DNA of 64,000 nucleotides, taken from Nitrospinales bacterium. Lineage in GTDB: Bacteria > Nitrospinota > Nitrospinia > Nitrospinales > VA-1. The notes below the pieces were generated by a model. The model had not been told where the DNA came from, made no database searches, and was given only the letters and a program-made list of their open reading frames with translations. Both the position numbers and the translations under genes were made by a program. This document shows, in pieces, positions 10,586-24,321 of the stretch. The stretch covers positions 1,888,001-1,952,000 of the forward strand of contig CBDCWG010000012.1 of NCBI GenBank assembly GCA_965223345.1, read 5' to 3'. Numbering within the stretch: position 1 is the first letter of the stretch; each line of letters starts with the position of its first letter.

Positions 10586-12454
10586 TTGTTCGGTTACGCT
10601 TGGCTGATATTGATTTTTCCTCTGCTCGGTTTCATCGGGCTGTCCTGGTTCGGGAACCGCTTCCCGAAACAATGGGTGGGCTGGGCCGGCTGCGGCACGA
10701 TTCTGCTTTCGTTCGTGGTGTCTCTGGTCGCCTTCATCGACCTTTTGGTGCTGGAACCGGATCAGCGGGTCGGGCACGTCGCCACCCTCTACCACTGGAT
10801 TTCCTCCGGCAGTTTCTCGCTCAACCTGGCCATTCTGATCGACCCGCTCTCGGTGTTCATGTTTCTCATCGTGACGGGGGTGGGCTTTGTGATCCACGTC
10901 TATTCGATCGGCTACATGGAGGAAGACCCCGAGTTCAGCCGCTATTTCTCCTATCTCAACCTGTTCGTGTTCTCCATGCTGCTGCTGGTCGCGGCGGCGG
11001 ATTTCTTTTTCCTGATCGTCGGCTGGGCCTTCGTCGGACTGGCTTCGTACCTGTTGATCGGTTTCTGGAGGGACAAGACCAGCGCGGTGCTCGCGGCCCG
11101 CAAAGCCTTCGTGATGAACGTGATCGGCGATGTGGGCATGGTGATCGCGGCGTTCATCATCTTCCAGCACTTCGGCAGCATCCAGTATGTGGACGTATTC
11201 ACCGCCGCTCCGGACACGTTTCTGCCCAACGACGACGGCATTTTGCTGATCACTCTGCTGTTGCTGGTGGGCGCGTTCGCCAAATCGGCGCAGCTTCCCC
11301 TGCACACCTGGCTTCCGGACGCGATGGAAGGCCCGACTCCGGTCAGCGCCCTGATCCACGCGGCCACCATGGTGACGGCGGGCGTGTATCTGGTGGCGCG
11401 CTGCCACGTTCTGTACGAACTGGCGCCGTTCACGATGTATTTCATCGCCACCATCGGCGCGTTGACGGCGTTGTTCGCGGGCTCCATCGCCATGGTGCAG
11501 TACGACATCAAACGGGTGATCGCCTATTCGACGATGAGCCAGCTCGGCTACATGTTTCTCGCGGTGGGGATCGGCGTGTTCAGCCTCGGCATGTTCCACC
11601 TGATGACGCACGCGTTTTTCAAAGCGCTGCTGTTTCTGAGCGCGGGCAGCGTCATCCACGCTCTGAACGGCGAGCAGGATATCCGCAACATGGGCGGGCT
11701 GCGTTCCTCGATGCCGCTCACGCACGCGACTTTTCTCATCGGCGCGCTGACGCTGGCGGGGTTTCCGCTGACCAGCGGGTTTTTCAGCAAGGAAGCCATC
11801 ATCATGAGTTCCTGGCATGCGGACATGGGCAATTTCGTGTTCTGGGGAATGGCGGTCCTGGCGGCGGGAATGACGGCGTTTTACATCTTCCGGGTCTATT
11901 TCTACACGTTTCTGGGAAAATCGCGCAATCCTGAGGCGCACCCGCACGAAGCGCCGCCCATCATGGCGGGGCCTCTGCTGCTGCTGGCCTTCTTTTCGCT
12001 GGTCATGGGATTCGCGGCGCATTTTGTGGACGGGTTTCTGGCACCGGTGTTCGGCGGTGTGCCCGTGCATCATAAGGATGGCTTGCTGGAAACCATCGCA
12101 GTGAGCGTGGGGCTCATCGGCATCGCCATCGCGGCGATCGTCTACATGACCGGCCAGGACCGCCTGGAGTTCGCCAAGGAAGCGTTCGCGCCCATCTACG
12201 ATCTGGTTTACAACAAGTTCTATGTGGACGAGCTGTACGATTTCTTCATCGTCAAGCCGGTCAAGGGCATCGGCGGTTTTCTTGCGGACAAGGCTGAGAA
12301 GGACGGCATCGACTATGCCGTGGACGAAGTGGGCGCGCAGGTCAAAGGCGTCAGCCGGGGCATCAGCCTCTGGCAATCGGGTAAGGTGCGGACGTACGCG
12401 CTCAATATGATCGTCGGCGTGGTGACGATCCTTCTGTTTGTGGTGTTTTTGTAA
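10586..12454 (+). CDS. nuoL: NADH-quinone oxidoreductase subunit L
   Basis: KSAQLPLHTWLPDAMEGPTPVSALIHAATMV, THAFFKALLFL; C-terminal amphipathic helix. Confidence 0.97.
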   Translation: MFGYAWLILIFPLLGFIGLSWFGNRFPKQWVGWAGCGTILLSFVVSLVAFIDLLVLEPDQRVGHVATLYHWISSGSFSLNLAILIDPLSVFMFLIVTGVGFVIHVYSIGYMEEDPEFSRYFSYLNLFVFSMLLLVAAADFFFLIVGWAFVGLASYLLIGFWRDKTSAVLAARKAFVMNVIGDVGMVIAAFIIFQHFGSIQYVDVFTAAPDTFLPNDDGILLITLLLLVGAFAKSAQLPLHTWLPDAMEGPTPVSALIHAATMVTAGVYLVARCHVLYELAPFTMYFIATIGALTALFAGSIAMVQYDIKRVIAYSTMSQLGYMFLAVGIGVFSLGMFHLMTHAFFKALLFLSAGSVIHALNGEQDIRNMGGLRSSMPLTHATFLIGALTLAGFPLTSGFFSKEAIIMSSWHADMGNFVFWGMAVLAAGMTAFYIFRVYFYTFLGKSRNPEAHPHEAPPIMAGPLLLLAFFSLVMGFAAHFVDGFLAPVFGGVPVHHKDGLLETIAVSVGLIGIAIAAIVYMTGQDRLEFAKEAFAPIYDLVYNKFYVDELYDFFIVKPVKGIGGFLADKAEKDGIDYAVDEVGAQVKGVSRGISLWQSGKVRTYALNMIVGVVTILLFVVFL

Positions 12455-12466
12455 ACGGCTATTTAA

Positions 12467-13984
12467 ATGCTGACACTCACGATTTTCATACCGCTGATCA
12501 CGGCGTTGCTCCTTCAGTTCATTCCGAAGGACAACAAGCCCGTCATCCAGATGACCGCGCTGGGCGGCGCGGCGGCGGGTTTCGCGCTTTCGCTCGTGCT
12601 ATTGGCGATGTACGATGGGGCCCGGCCGGGCATGCAGTTCGTGGAGTCGATGCTGTGGGTCCCCATGCTGGGAATCCGCTATGAAGTGGGGCTCGACGGG
12701 GTCAGCCTGCTGCTGTTCGTGCTGACGACGTTTCTCGCGGTCATCGCGGTGGTGATGGGGCTGGGGGAGAAAAAGAACCTGCGCAATTTCCTTTCGCTGC
12801 TGCTGGCGCTGGAAGCGGGCACCCTGGGTGTGTTCGCGGCGCTGGACACGATCCTGTTTTACGTGTTCTGGGAATTGATGCTGGTGCCGACCTATTTCCT
12901 CATCGGCATCTGGGGCGAAGGCCGCCGGGTGTACGCGACGACCAAATTCGTGATCTACACGCTGGTGGGAAGCCTGCTGATGCTGGTGGCGATCATCGCC
13001 ATCACTGTGGTGCACTACGAGGCGACGCACGAGCTGACTTTCGACATCCAGAAACTGGTGCACACGCATTTCGACCCGGCGTCGCAGGTGTGGATGTTTG
13101 GTTTCTTTTTCCTGGCTTTCGCCATCAAGGTCCCGGTGTTTCCGCTGCACAGCTGGCTGCCGCACACCTACGTTTCCTGTCCCATTCCAGCGCTGGTGCT
13201 GCTGACCGGCGCGATGTCGAAAACCGGCGCTTACGGTTTCATCCGTTTCTGCCTGCCGCTGTTTCCCGAAGCGGTGGAGGAGATGGCGATTGTGATCGGC
13301 GCGGCGGCGGCGGGTGGCATCGTGTACGGCGCGTGGATCGCCGTGTCGCAGAAAGACCTCAAGGCGCTGGTGGCGTATTCCAGCATCAGCCATCTGGGCT
13401 TCATCGTGCTCGGGATCTTCGCGCTCAACACTCAGGGCGTGGGCGGCAGCGTGCTGCAGATGATCAACCACGGCATCATCGCATCGGCGCTGTTCATCAT
13501 CGTCGGGATCATCGAATCGAGATTGGGCACGCGCAACATCAAGGAGTTCCGCGGGCTGGGGCAGGCGATGCCGGTGCTTTACGGCGTGTTCATGCTGGTG
13601 ACCCTGGCGGCGCTGGGGCTTCCCGGCCTCAACGGCTTCGTGGGCGAGTTTCTCATTCTGATGGGCGTCTGGACTTCCGATCTGCTTGCGGACTGGTCCG
13701 CCACCTATGTGATGATGGCGGCGCTGGCGATCGTGTTCGCCTCGATCTACATGATGTTCATGTTTCAGGGCGCGATGCAGGAAAAGAAAGAGAAAATCCC
13801 CGACAGCGTGCCGGATATGAACAAAACCGAGATGGGGCTTCTGCTTCCCGCCTGCATTCTCATCGTTGTGATCGGTCTTTACCCCAAGCCACTGGTGGAC
13901 AGGGTGACGCCTTCGGTCGATTCCCTGCTGGCGATCGAGAAGACCGTCAACCTGCATGCGGGCGAGGACGCGGGACACCATTGA
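12467..13984 (+). CDS. nuoM: NADH-quinone oxidoreductase subunit M
   Basis: FYVFWELMLVP, AFAIKVPVFPLHSWLP, AYSSISHLG, GLPGLNGFVGEF. Confidence 0.96.
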   Translation: MLTLTIFIPLITALLLQFIPKDNKPVIQMTALGGAAAGFALSLVLLAMYDGARPGMQFVESMLWVPMLGIRYEVGLDGVSLLLFVLTTFLAVIAVVMGLGEKKNLRNFLSLLLALEAGTLGVFAALDTILFYVFWELMLVPTYFLIGIWGEGRRVYATTKFVIYTLVGSLLMLVAIIAITVVHYEATHELTFDIQKLVHTHFDPASQVWMFGFFFLAFAIKVPVFPLHSWLPHTYVSCPIPALVLLTGAMSKTGAYGFIRFCLPLFPEAVEEMAIVIGAAAAGGIVYGAWIAVSQKDLKALVAYSSISHLGFIVLGIFALNTQGVGGSVLQMINHGIIASALFIIVGIIESRLGTRNIKEFRGLGQAMPVLYGVFMLVTLAALGLPGLNGFVGEFLILMGVWTSDLLADWSATYVMMAALAIVFASIYMMFMFQGAMQEKKEKIPDSVPDMNKTEMGLLLPACILIVVIGLYPKPLVDRVTPSVDSLLAIEKTVNLHAGEDAGHH

Positions 13985-14078
13985 CCCGCGTGCTGCATCC
14001 TTGCCGCAAACCATCTTTCGATTCCCCTTTCCATTTTGACCGCGTGTTTTTCCTTCCTGACGATTTTATCCTGAATCG

Positions 14079-14777
14079 ATGAAACTGGGCGAAGTGCTGG
14101 TGGACGGCGTTTTTCTGGAGCGGCCCAACCGCTATCTGGCGCATGTGACCGTCGATGGCAAGGAAACGCGGGCGCACGTTCCCGATCCCGGACGGCTTCC
14201 CGGCCTGATGATTCCCGGCCGCAGGGTGCGGCTGATCCACAATCCCGGTCCCAAACGCAAAACCGACTACACGCTGGTGCTGGTGCGGCACGGTTCGATC
14301 TGGGTTTCGGTGTACCCGGTGTTCGCCAACAAGATCGTCGAGGAAGCGCTGGCGGCGGGCAGGCTGGATGCGTTCGGGGATTGCGAATCCCACGCGAGTG
14401 AAGTCAAAGTGGGCAAGAGCCGCTTCGATTTCGTATTCACGACCGCACGCGGGCGGACTCTGGTGGAAGTGAAGTCGGTGAGCTTCGTCGAGGATGGCGT
14501 CGGCAAGTTTCCCGATGCGCCCACCGAGCGGGGCGTGAAGCATCTGAAGGAACTGATCGAGCTGAAAGAAAGCGGCGAGCGGGCGGCGGTGCTGCTCGTC
14601 TCACAGCGGTCGGACACCCGTTCTATCGCTCCCAACGATGCGATCGATCCCAAATTCGGCGAATGGTTGCGAAAGGCGCACAGCCTGGGCGTGGAGATCC
14701 ACGGCTACAACTGCCGGGTCACGCCTTCCAGCGTCACGCTCGGTAAGCGGGTGGAGATCGTGTTTCCGGAAATGTAA
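14079..14777 (+). CDS. sfsA: DNA/RNA nuclease SfsA
   Basis: RPNRY, HVPDPGRL, SRFDF...VEVKSV, FPDAPTERGVKHL. Confidence 0.95.
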   Translation: MKLGEVLVDGVFLERPNRYLAHVTVDGKETRAHVPDPGRLPGLMIPGRRVRLIHNPGPKRKTDYTLVLVRHGSIWVSVYPVFANKIVEEALAAGRLDAFGDCESHASEVKVGKSRFDFVFTTARGRTLVEVKSVSFVEDGVGKFPDAPTERGVKHLKELIELKESGERAAVLLVSQRSDTRSIAPNDAIDPKFGEWLRKAHSLGVEIHGYNCRVTPSSVTLGKRVEIVFPEM

Positions 14778-14799
14778 CCTTGAAAGAAACATGAACCGA

Positions 14800-14897
14800 T
14801 CACCCTTCGACAAAGCCTGTCCTGAGCTTGCCGAAAGACTCAAGGGTGACAGAGACAAAATCCCTCTCCCCTGGAGGGAGAGGGCTGGGTGAGGGGG
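14800..14897. repeat. REP-like palindromic intergenic elements
   Basis: TCACCCTT...AAGGGTGA stem (14800-14849) and CCCTCTCCC-CTGGA-GGGAGAGGG stem (14862-14884) between convergent genes. Confidence 0.6.
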
Positions 14898-14917
14898 AGT
14901 AAAAAAAATCGTTCCAG

Positions 14918-15409
14918 CTACTGGGTCTGCTCGGGGTCGAAAAACGCGTCGAGGTCCGGGTCCACGCGCCAGCCTTCTTCCTCGCTGTGGTACCACTTCT
15001 GCTTCACCATGAGGGTTTTCAGCTTTGTGCTGGGCATCACCGTGATCTGATAGCGGATGAGCACGTCGGCCTGGTTGAATTCCTTCTCGGGGCCCTTGCT
15101 GGTGATGCGGACGGGCTGGTCGTCTTCGAACAGGCGGACGTTGAGGATCGAGGTGTTGTAAAAAACCACGTCGTTTTCCACTCTCAGGGATTTTTTCAGA
15201 AATTCTTCCTGTTTTTCCCGCACCACAAACGGGGAGCTGATATCCATCAGCTTTCCTTCGAAACGCCGGTTGAAAGCCTTGATGCTTTGTTCCAGGTCGT
15301 CGTGCGTCTGCCGCTGGGCGAATGAGGAACAGGCGGCTATAGTGAACAGCAGGCAGGCGGCGACAACAAGGCGAAGCCGGGGCGATGCAGCGATGGGCGA
15401 TCGTTTCAT
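14918..15409 (-). CDS. Hypothetical lipoprotein
   Basis: Basic N-terminus, hydrophobic stretch and IAAC lipobox; GAGG RBS before ATG at 15409. Confidence 0.75.
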   Translation of the reverse strand: MKRSPIAASPRLRLVVAACLLFTIAACSSFAQRQTHDDLEQSIKAFNRRFEGKLMDISSPFVVREKQEEFLKKSLRVENDVVFYNTSILNVRLFEDDQPVRITSKGPEKEFNQADVLIRYQITVMPSTKLKTLMVKQKWYHSEEEGWRVDPDLDAFFDPEQTQ

Positions 15410-15567
15410 GAAAAAACCTCGTGTGGTATGATTGAAGCCGGTTGATTGGGAAGGACAGAGAACCGAAGATGTGACTCCCTTCAATTATAAGCTATTTTTG
15501 CGTTTCCCACCAGTCCATCCTCACGCGTTCGGCAAAATGGAACGTTTCATTTCCGGCTGAGAATCCC

Positions 15568-16395
15568 TTGAAGAAAAAAACCAGAACCCCCAAAACACGC
15601 AAAAAGACCGCCGGGCCCAAACGGTCGAAAGGCCGTGCGGTCACGGTCTGGGATCAGGCGGCGTCCTGGTACGACAACCTCGTGGGCACGCGCGGCACCG
15701 ATTTTCACCGCAAGATCATCCTGCCCGGAGTGCTCAAGCTTTTGCAGTTGAAAAAAGGCAGCCGCGTGCTGGACCTCGCCTGCGGTCAGGGGGTGCTGTC
15801 GCGGTTCCTCGCGCAAAAGGGCATGAAGGTGGAGGGGCTCGATTCCTCGGAAGAGCTGATCCGCTTCGCTCGCGCCCGCTCGAAAACCGGCGTGCGTTAT
15901 CACATCGGCGACGCGCGCGACGCCGACACCGTGCCCGAAAACCGGTTCGAGGGCATCACCTGCATTCTGGCGCTGCAGAACATGGATGCGCTGGAGCCGG
16001 TGTTTGAAAACGTGTATCGCGGTCTCAAACCGGGCGGCCGCTTCGTGATGGTGGTGACGCACCCCTGTTTCCGCATCCCGCGGCAGAGCCACTGGGGCTG
16101 GGATGAGGAAAAGAAACTGGAATACCGCCGCATCGACCGCTACGCCTCGGAGATCACCATCCCCATCGTCACCCCGCCCATCGCCACCTCCAAGGTGTTC
16201 ACGGTGACCTACCACCGGCCGCTCGCAAGCTATTTCTCCGCACTGGCGGCCGCCGGGCTGCTGGTGGACGGGCTGGAGGAATGGGTTTCCAACAAAACCA
16301 GCGAGCCGGGCAAACGCGCCAAGGCGGAAAACCGGGCGCGCAAGGAGATCCCGCTGTTCATGGCGATCCGGGCGGTGAAGGCCGGACTGGAATGA
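15568..16395 (+). CDS. Class I SAM-dependent methyltransferase
   Basis: VLDLACGQG motif I, LKPGGRF, THPCF, YHRPL. Confidence 0.9.
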   Translation: MKKKTRTPKTRKKTAGPKRSKGRAVTVWDQAASWYDNLVGTRGTDFHRKIILPGVLKLLQLKKGSRVLDLACGQGVLSRFLAQKGMKVEGLDSSEELIRFARARSKTGVRYHIGDARDADTVPENRFEGITCILALQNMDALEPVFENVYRGLKPGGRFVMVVTHPCFRIPRQSHWGWDEEKKLEYRRIDRYASEITIPIVTPPIATSKVFTVTYHRPLASYFSALAAAGLLVDGLEEWVSNKTSEPGKRAKAENRARKEIPLFMAIRAVKAGLE

Positions 16396-16478
16396 GCGCC
16401 CCTTTCACCCCGTTTTGCTGAAAATGCACATCCTTATTTAAGCGGTTTTTCATCAACCTCGAGAATACGGAGGGAAAC

Positions 16479-17273
16479 ATGCTGAAAGGTTATTTTCAGA
16501 GGAATAACCGGTCGCCTGTATTTTTCTGGCTTGTTTTCGGTTTTGCTTTTCCCGGTTTTGTATTTTCTCAAGCGACGGTGCAAATTCAAAAAGCGGATGC
16601 CGCGGATGATCAAATTGTCTTTGATGCAGGAGATGACTACACAATCCGCATTCCCGGCGAATGGAAAGAAATTCCCAAAGAGGTTCTGGATCAGTTTGGA
16701 GCGATGGCTTCGCAGGCGGCGGGACAGAGTGTGACTTACGAATATGGGTATCAACTCTCCGCAAATGAAGACTGGTTCGAGTACCCCTATGTTCTTGTTC
16801 AGGTAAATCGCAGTGGCCGAATATCAGAAGGTCAGATGAAAAATTACAGGAAGATCGATAGTGGCATTGAAGAAGGAATGAAAAAAGCGGAAAGCGCTGC
16901 CGGTGAGTTGTTATCCAATGCGTCTCTGGGGGAAAGCATCTATGATTCGGGCACTCATATCCTGTGGTCCAGCGTCGCTATGGATGTGCAGGAAGCGGGT
17001 CGGGTAAAAGGTCTCATGGCGGTCAAGCTCACCGACTACGGATCTATTCACTTTTTTGGGTATGCTTTGGAAGATGAGTTTGAACAATACAAAGGTCTGT
17101 ACTCCGATATGGTTCACAGCATACAGGTTGGCGAAAAAGACCGTTACAAGCCGAGATTCCTGGACAACGCCCCGACGCTGTTTGGCATCAATCTGGGCCA
17201 GGTTGCCATAGCGGCTTTGATCGGAGGCCTGATAGGTGGCCTGTCTGTGTTGTTCCGAAAGAAGAGTGCCTGA
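16479..17273 (+). CDS. Hypothetical exported protein with C-terminal membrane anchor (lower GC)
   Basis: 264-aa ORF with GGAGGG RBS, N-terminal signal and C-terminal TM followed by RKK. Confidence 0.75.
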   Translation: MLKGYFQRNNRSPVFFWLVFGFAFPGFVFSQATVQIQKADAADDQIVFDAGDDYTIRIPGEWKEIPKEVLDQFGAMASQAAGQSVTYEYGYQLSANEDWFEYPYVLVQVNRSGRISEGQMKNYRKIDSGIEEGMKKAESAAGELLSNASLGESIYDSGTHILWSSVAMDVQEAGRVKGLMAVKLTDYGSIHFFGYALEDEFEQYKGLYSDMVHSIQVGEKDRYKPRFLDNAPTLFGINLGQVAIAALIGGLIGGLSVLFRKKSA

Positions 17274-17458
17274 AAAACTTTAGAACTCAGTTTCGCTGCT
17301 CTGGGAGGCGGGAACCGTGACGTCCAAAAGAAGGTGGGGCCATGGGCTCGCCAGGGAATATCCTTCAGCGGATGAATCCTTTCAGAGCCGGGGCCGTCTA
17401 AACCTGCAATCACAAGCTTTTAATCGTATTTCCCTTAACTTTTAAGGGGGCGCGACGC

Positions 17459-17821
17459 ATGCCCAGCTACACCTACGAACTGCAGGAGCCCGGCATCCTG
17501 CTGTCCAACATCCGCCAGGGGCTTACGGCTCTGGGCGGCGACTGGCTGGAAATCGCGCCGCTGATGCGCGAGGGGCATGTGGAATACCGGCCCATCCGCG
17601 CCAACCCCATGCGCTCGGGCTACCGCTATGAGTACAAACGGGCGAGGCTCGATCTCAACCTGTATTTCCCCGAACCGCTTTTCGAAACGCTGCACGCCTT
17701 CCTCGACGGGGAAAAACTGCAAATCCTCAAAGCCGTGGTGCAGGCGGCGCTCCCCAAACGCTCCGGCTACGACATCCACGCTTTCAAGATTCTCGGGATC
17801 ATTGAAGAGACTGAGCGGTAG
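17459..17821 (+). CDS. Hypothetical protein
   Basis: 120-aa ORF with host-like codon usage and AAGGGG RBS; no family recognised. Confidence 0.7.
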   Translation: MPSYTYELQEPGILLSNIRQGLTALGGDWLEIAPLMREGHVEYRPIRANPMRSGYRYEYKRARLDLNLYFPEPLFETLHAFLDGEKLQILKAVVQAALPKRSGYDIHAFKILGIIEETER

Positions 17822-17881
17822 TGGATAACGTTTCTAATCACTGTCCTTTAATATGAGGCTTGAAGCGGAAAGAGAAGATTC

Positions 17882-18208
17882 ATGACAAACTTCGTACTTC
17901 TTTGTTTGGTCTTGACTCTCTTCATGATTTTTTCTCGTTTTGTCAGCTTTAAAATAAGGAGTCAGTTTGAAAAATCCAGTCTGAGTAAAAAAACAATATT
18001 GAGAATTGTTTTCGCAATTCCTGCAGTGGCTATCGCCTTATTAATAATTTTTTATCCCATTATTTTTCTGATGAAAAACATACAAGAGAATAAGTTGCCA
18101 ATTTCAGAAATTTGGGCATTTACACCCTTAATCTTATTTAATGTTTATCTCTATATAGAAAAATTTATAAAAGACAAAAACTCCTCGTCTCAAGAATCCA
18201 TCAATTAG
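17882..18208 (+). CDS. AT-rich small membrane protein
   Basis: 108 aa, about 3 hydrophobic segments, strongly AT-rich. Confidence 0.6.
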   Translation: MTNFVLLCLVLTLFMIFSRFVSFKIRSQFEKSSLSKKTILRIVFAIPAVAIALLIIFYPIIFLMKNIQENKLPISEIWAFTPLILFNVYLYIEKFIKDKNSSSQESIN

Positions 18209-18226
18209 CTTTTCATCAAATTCTTC

Positions 18227-21075
<2,849 letters not shown>

Positions 21076-21205
21076 CGATCGAGTGACCCGTTCTTTTCGC
21101 ATGAGGCAGGCTGAGCGGCTCCGACCGCGAGATGGGAACCGATGCGCCGGGTTGGCGGCAGTCTCACATCCGGACCGGGCACCGGGTCCGAAGGCTTCGA
21201 TCATA

Positions 21206-22117
21206 TCATTGTTTTGGCGGGCTTAACAATGCTTGCAGGATGGCTTTTTGAACATGCAGGCGGTTTTCCGCCTGGTCGAAGACGATGGAGTGTTTTCCGT
21301 CCATCACCTCGGCGGCGATTTCCATGCCCCGATGCGCCGGCAGGCAGTGCATCACCAGCACGTCCGGCTTGGCGGCGGCGACGAGTTTTTGATCGATCTG
21401 GTAGGGCCTGAGCTGTTCGATTTTCTTTTCCGCTTCTTTTTCCTGTCCCATGCTGACCCACACGTCGGTGTAGATGACGTCGGCGTTTTGCACGGCCGCC
21501 AGCGGGTCCTCCAGAATTTCGACGTTGCCGGAGGTTCCCAGCCCCTGCGGCCGTTTTGGCTGGCACTCCTGTGGGCTGGCGATGGCGACGTGGAATCCCA
21601 GGGTCGCTGCGGCGATCATCCAGGAGTGGGCGATGTTGTTGCCATCGCCCACATAGGCGACTTTCAGGTCATCCAGGTGGCCGCGCTTTTCCCGGATGGT
21701 GAACAGGTCGGACAGGATCTGCACCGGATGATTGAGATCGGTGAGCCCGTTGATCACGGGGATGCTGGCGTGCCGGGCCAGATCCACCACCTCCTGATGG
21801 TCGTAGGTGCGGATGAGGATCGCGTCCAGGTAGCGCGACAAAACTTTCGCCGAGTCCTCGAGGGTTTCGCCGCGGTTGAGCTGCAGTTGATCCGGGGAGA
21901 GAAACAGGGCGTGGCCGCCCAGCTCGAACATGGCCACTTCAAAAGAAATGCGCGTGCGGGTGGACTTCTTGCTGAAGATCATTCCCAGCGACTGGCCCTT
22001 GAGGGGCTGGTGCGTGGCCCGGTCGGCGCGGTTTCGTTTCAACCCGGCGGCGGATTCGAACAGATCGCAGATCTCCTGCCGGGTCCAGTCGTTGATGGCG
22101 ATGAGGTCTTTTTTCAT
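21206..22117 (-). CDS. argF: Ornithine carbamoyltransferase
   Basis: STRTR, HPVQ, DVWVSMG, HCLPA motifs. Confidence 0.97.
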   Translation of the reverse strand: MKKDLIAINDWTRQEICDLFESAAGLKRNRADRATHQPLKGQSLGMIFSKKSTRTRISFEVAMFELGGHALFLSPDQLQLNRGETLEDSAKVLSRYLDAILIRTYDHQEVVDLARHASIPVINGLTDLNHPVQILSDLFTIREKRGHLDDLKVAYVGDGNNIAHSWMIAAATLGFHVAIASPQECQPKRPQGLGTSGNVEILEDPLAAVQNADVIYTDVWVSMGQEKEAEKKIEQLRPYQIDQKLVAAAKPDVLVMHCLPAHRGMEIAAEVMDGKHSIVFDQAENRLHVQKAILQALLSPPKQ

Positions 22118-22130
22118 AACGATGCCCGCC

Positions 22131-23330
<1,200 letters not shown>

Positions 23331-23533
23331 GGTCCGGCTGTGTCCTTTGAGGTTGCGTGTGTCCGGGCATGGGCCGAGGGGGAAAATTTAGCATAAATTC
23401 TGGTTGATGAACATAACAAATGATTTCATAATCCCAGCATGTCTCCGTTTAAATTCAATGGCTTTTCCTGTTTCGCCGGGAGTTCGGATTGCGGAAAGGC
23501 CGGGCGTTTTGCAAACTTTGGGATAGCGGTCGC

Positions 23534-24298
23534 ATGCGCGTCAACGAGCTGTTTGTGAAAAAAAGCTGGGGGCGGAGCGTTTGCGATGCGGTGCTGGAAG
23601 CTCTGTTCCCGAGGAAATGCGTGTTCTGCGACGCGAGCGCCGTGGGGCAGGGCGGAGCCCTGTGCGATTGCTGCCGTGAGGACATCGCCTTCATCGAGCC
23701 GCCGTTCTGCCAGCGCTGCGGTTACCCGGCGGACATTTCCTATCCGTACCCCACCGAGGATTTCGCCTGCGGCCCCTGCCGCAAGGCGCCGTTCGCGTTC
23801 GATCAGGCCCGTTCGCTGGGAAGCTACGACGCGGTCCTCAAAAAGCTGATCCAGCATTTCAAGTATGAAAAGCAGATGGGGGCGGTGAAAGAAATCGCTC
23901 CACTGATTGCGGCTTATTTTTCAACGCAGGATGCGGCGTTTGGGCGGGGGTTCTGTGTGTCGCCGCTGCCTTTGCATTTTAACAAGATGCGCGAGCGGCG
24001 GTTCGACCAGTCGTTTCTCATCGCCCGCGAAACCGCCCGCACGCTGGGGTTGCCGCTGGCGAACGGTCTGCTTCGCAGGGTGCGGGAAACCGAATCGCAG
24101 GCGAGCAAAAGCAAGGCGGAACGGCTGCGCAATGTCCGGGGAGTGTTCACGGTGGACCGCCCGGAAGCGGTCGAGGGCAAAGACATTCTGCTGGTGGACG
24201 ATGTGATGACGACGGGAGCGACGGCCGACGAAGCGGCCCGGGTCCTGAAACGAAACGGCGCGAGCCGGGTGCATGTGTTCACCCTGGCCCGCGCCTGA
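23534..24298 (+). CDS. comF: ComF family protein (double zinc ribbon + phosphoribosyltransferase)
   Basis: Four CxxC pairs and LLVDDVMTTGAT. Start uncertain. Confidence 0.88.
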   Translation: MRVNELFVKKSWGRSVCDAVLEALFPRKCVFCDASAVGQGGALCDCCREDIAFIEPPFCQRCGYPADISYPYPTEDFACGPCRKAPFAFDQARSLGSYDAVLKKLIQHFKYEKQMGAVKEIAPLIAAYFSTQDAAFGRGFCVSPLPLHFNKMRERRFDQSFLIARETARTLGLPLANGLLRRVRETESQASKSKAERLRNVRGVFTVDRPEAVEGKDILLVDDVMTTGATADEAARVLKRNGASRVHVFTLARA

Positions 24299-24321
24299 TC
24301 GGTAGCGTGAAATGCGGTGTC

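Noticed and set aside
10421..12376. Long antisense ORFs (this one, 59010-61160, 54147-55973, 60512-62515 and similar)
   Set aside because: Shadow frames of GC-rich genes with strong codon bias; no recognisable motifs.
17274..17458. Pseudogene remnant in the intergenic gap
   Set aside because: Translations of the frames checked gave no recognisable protein similarity.
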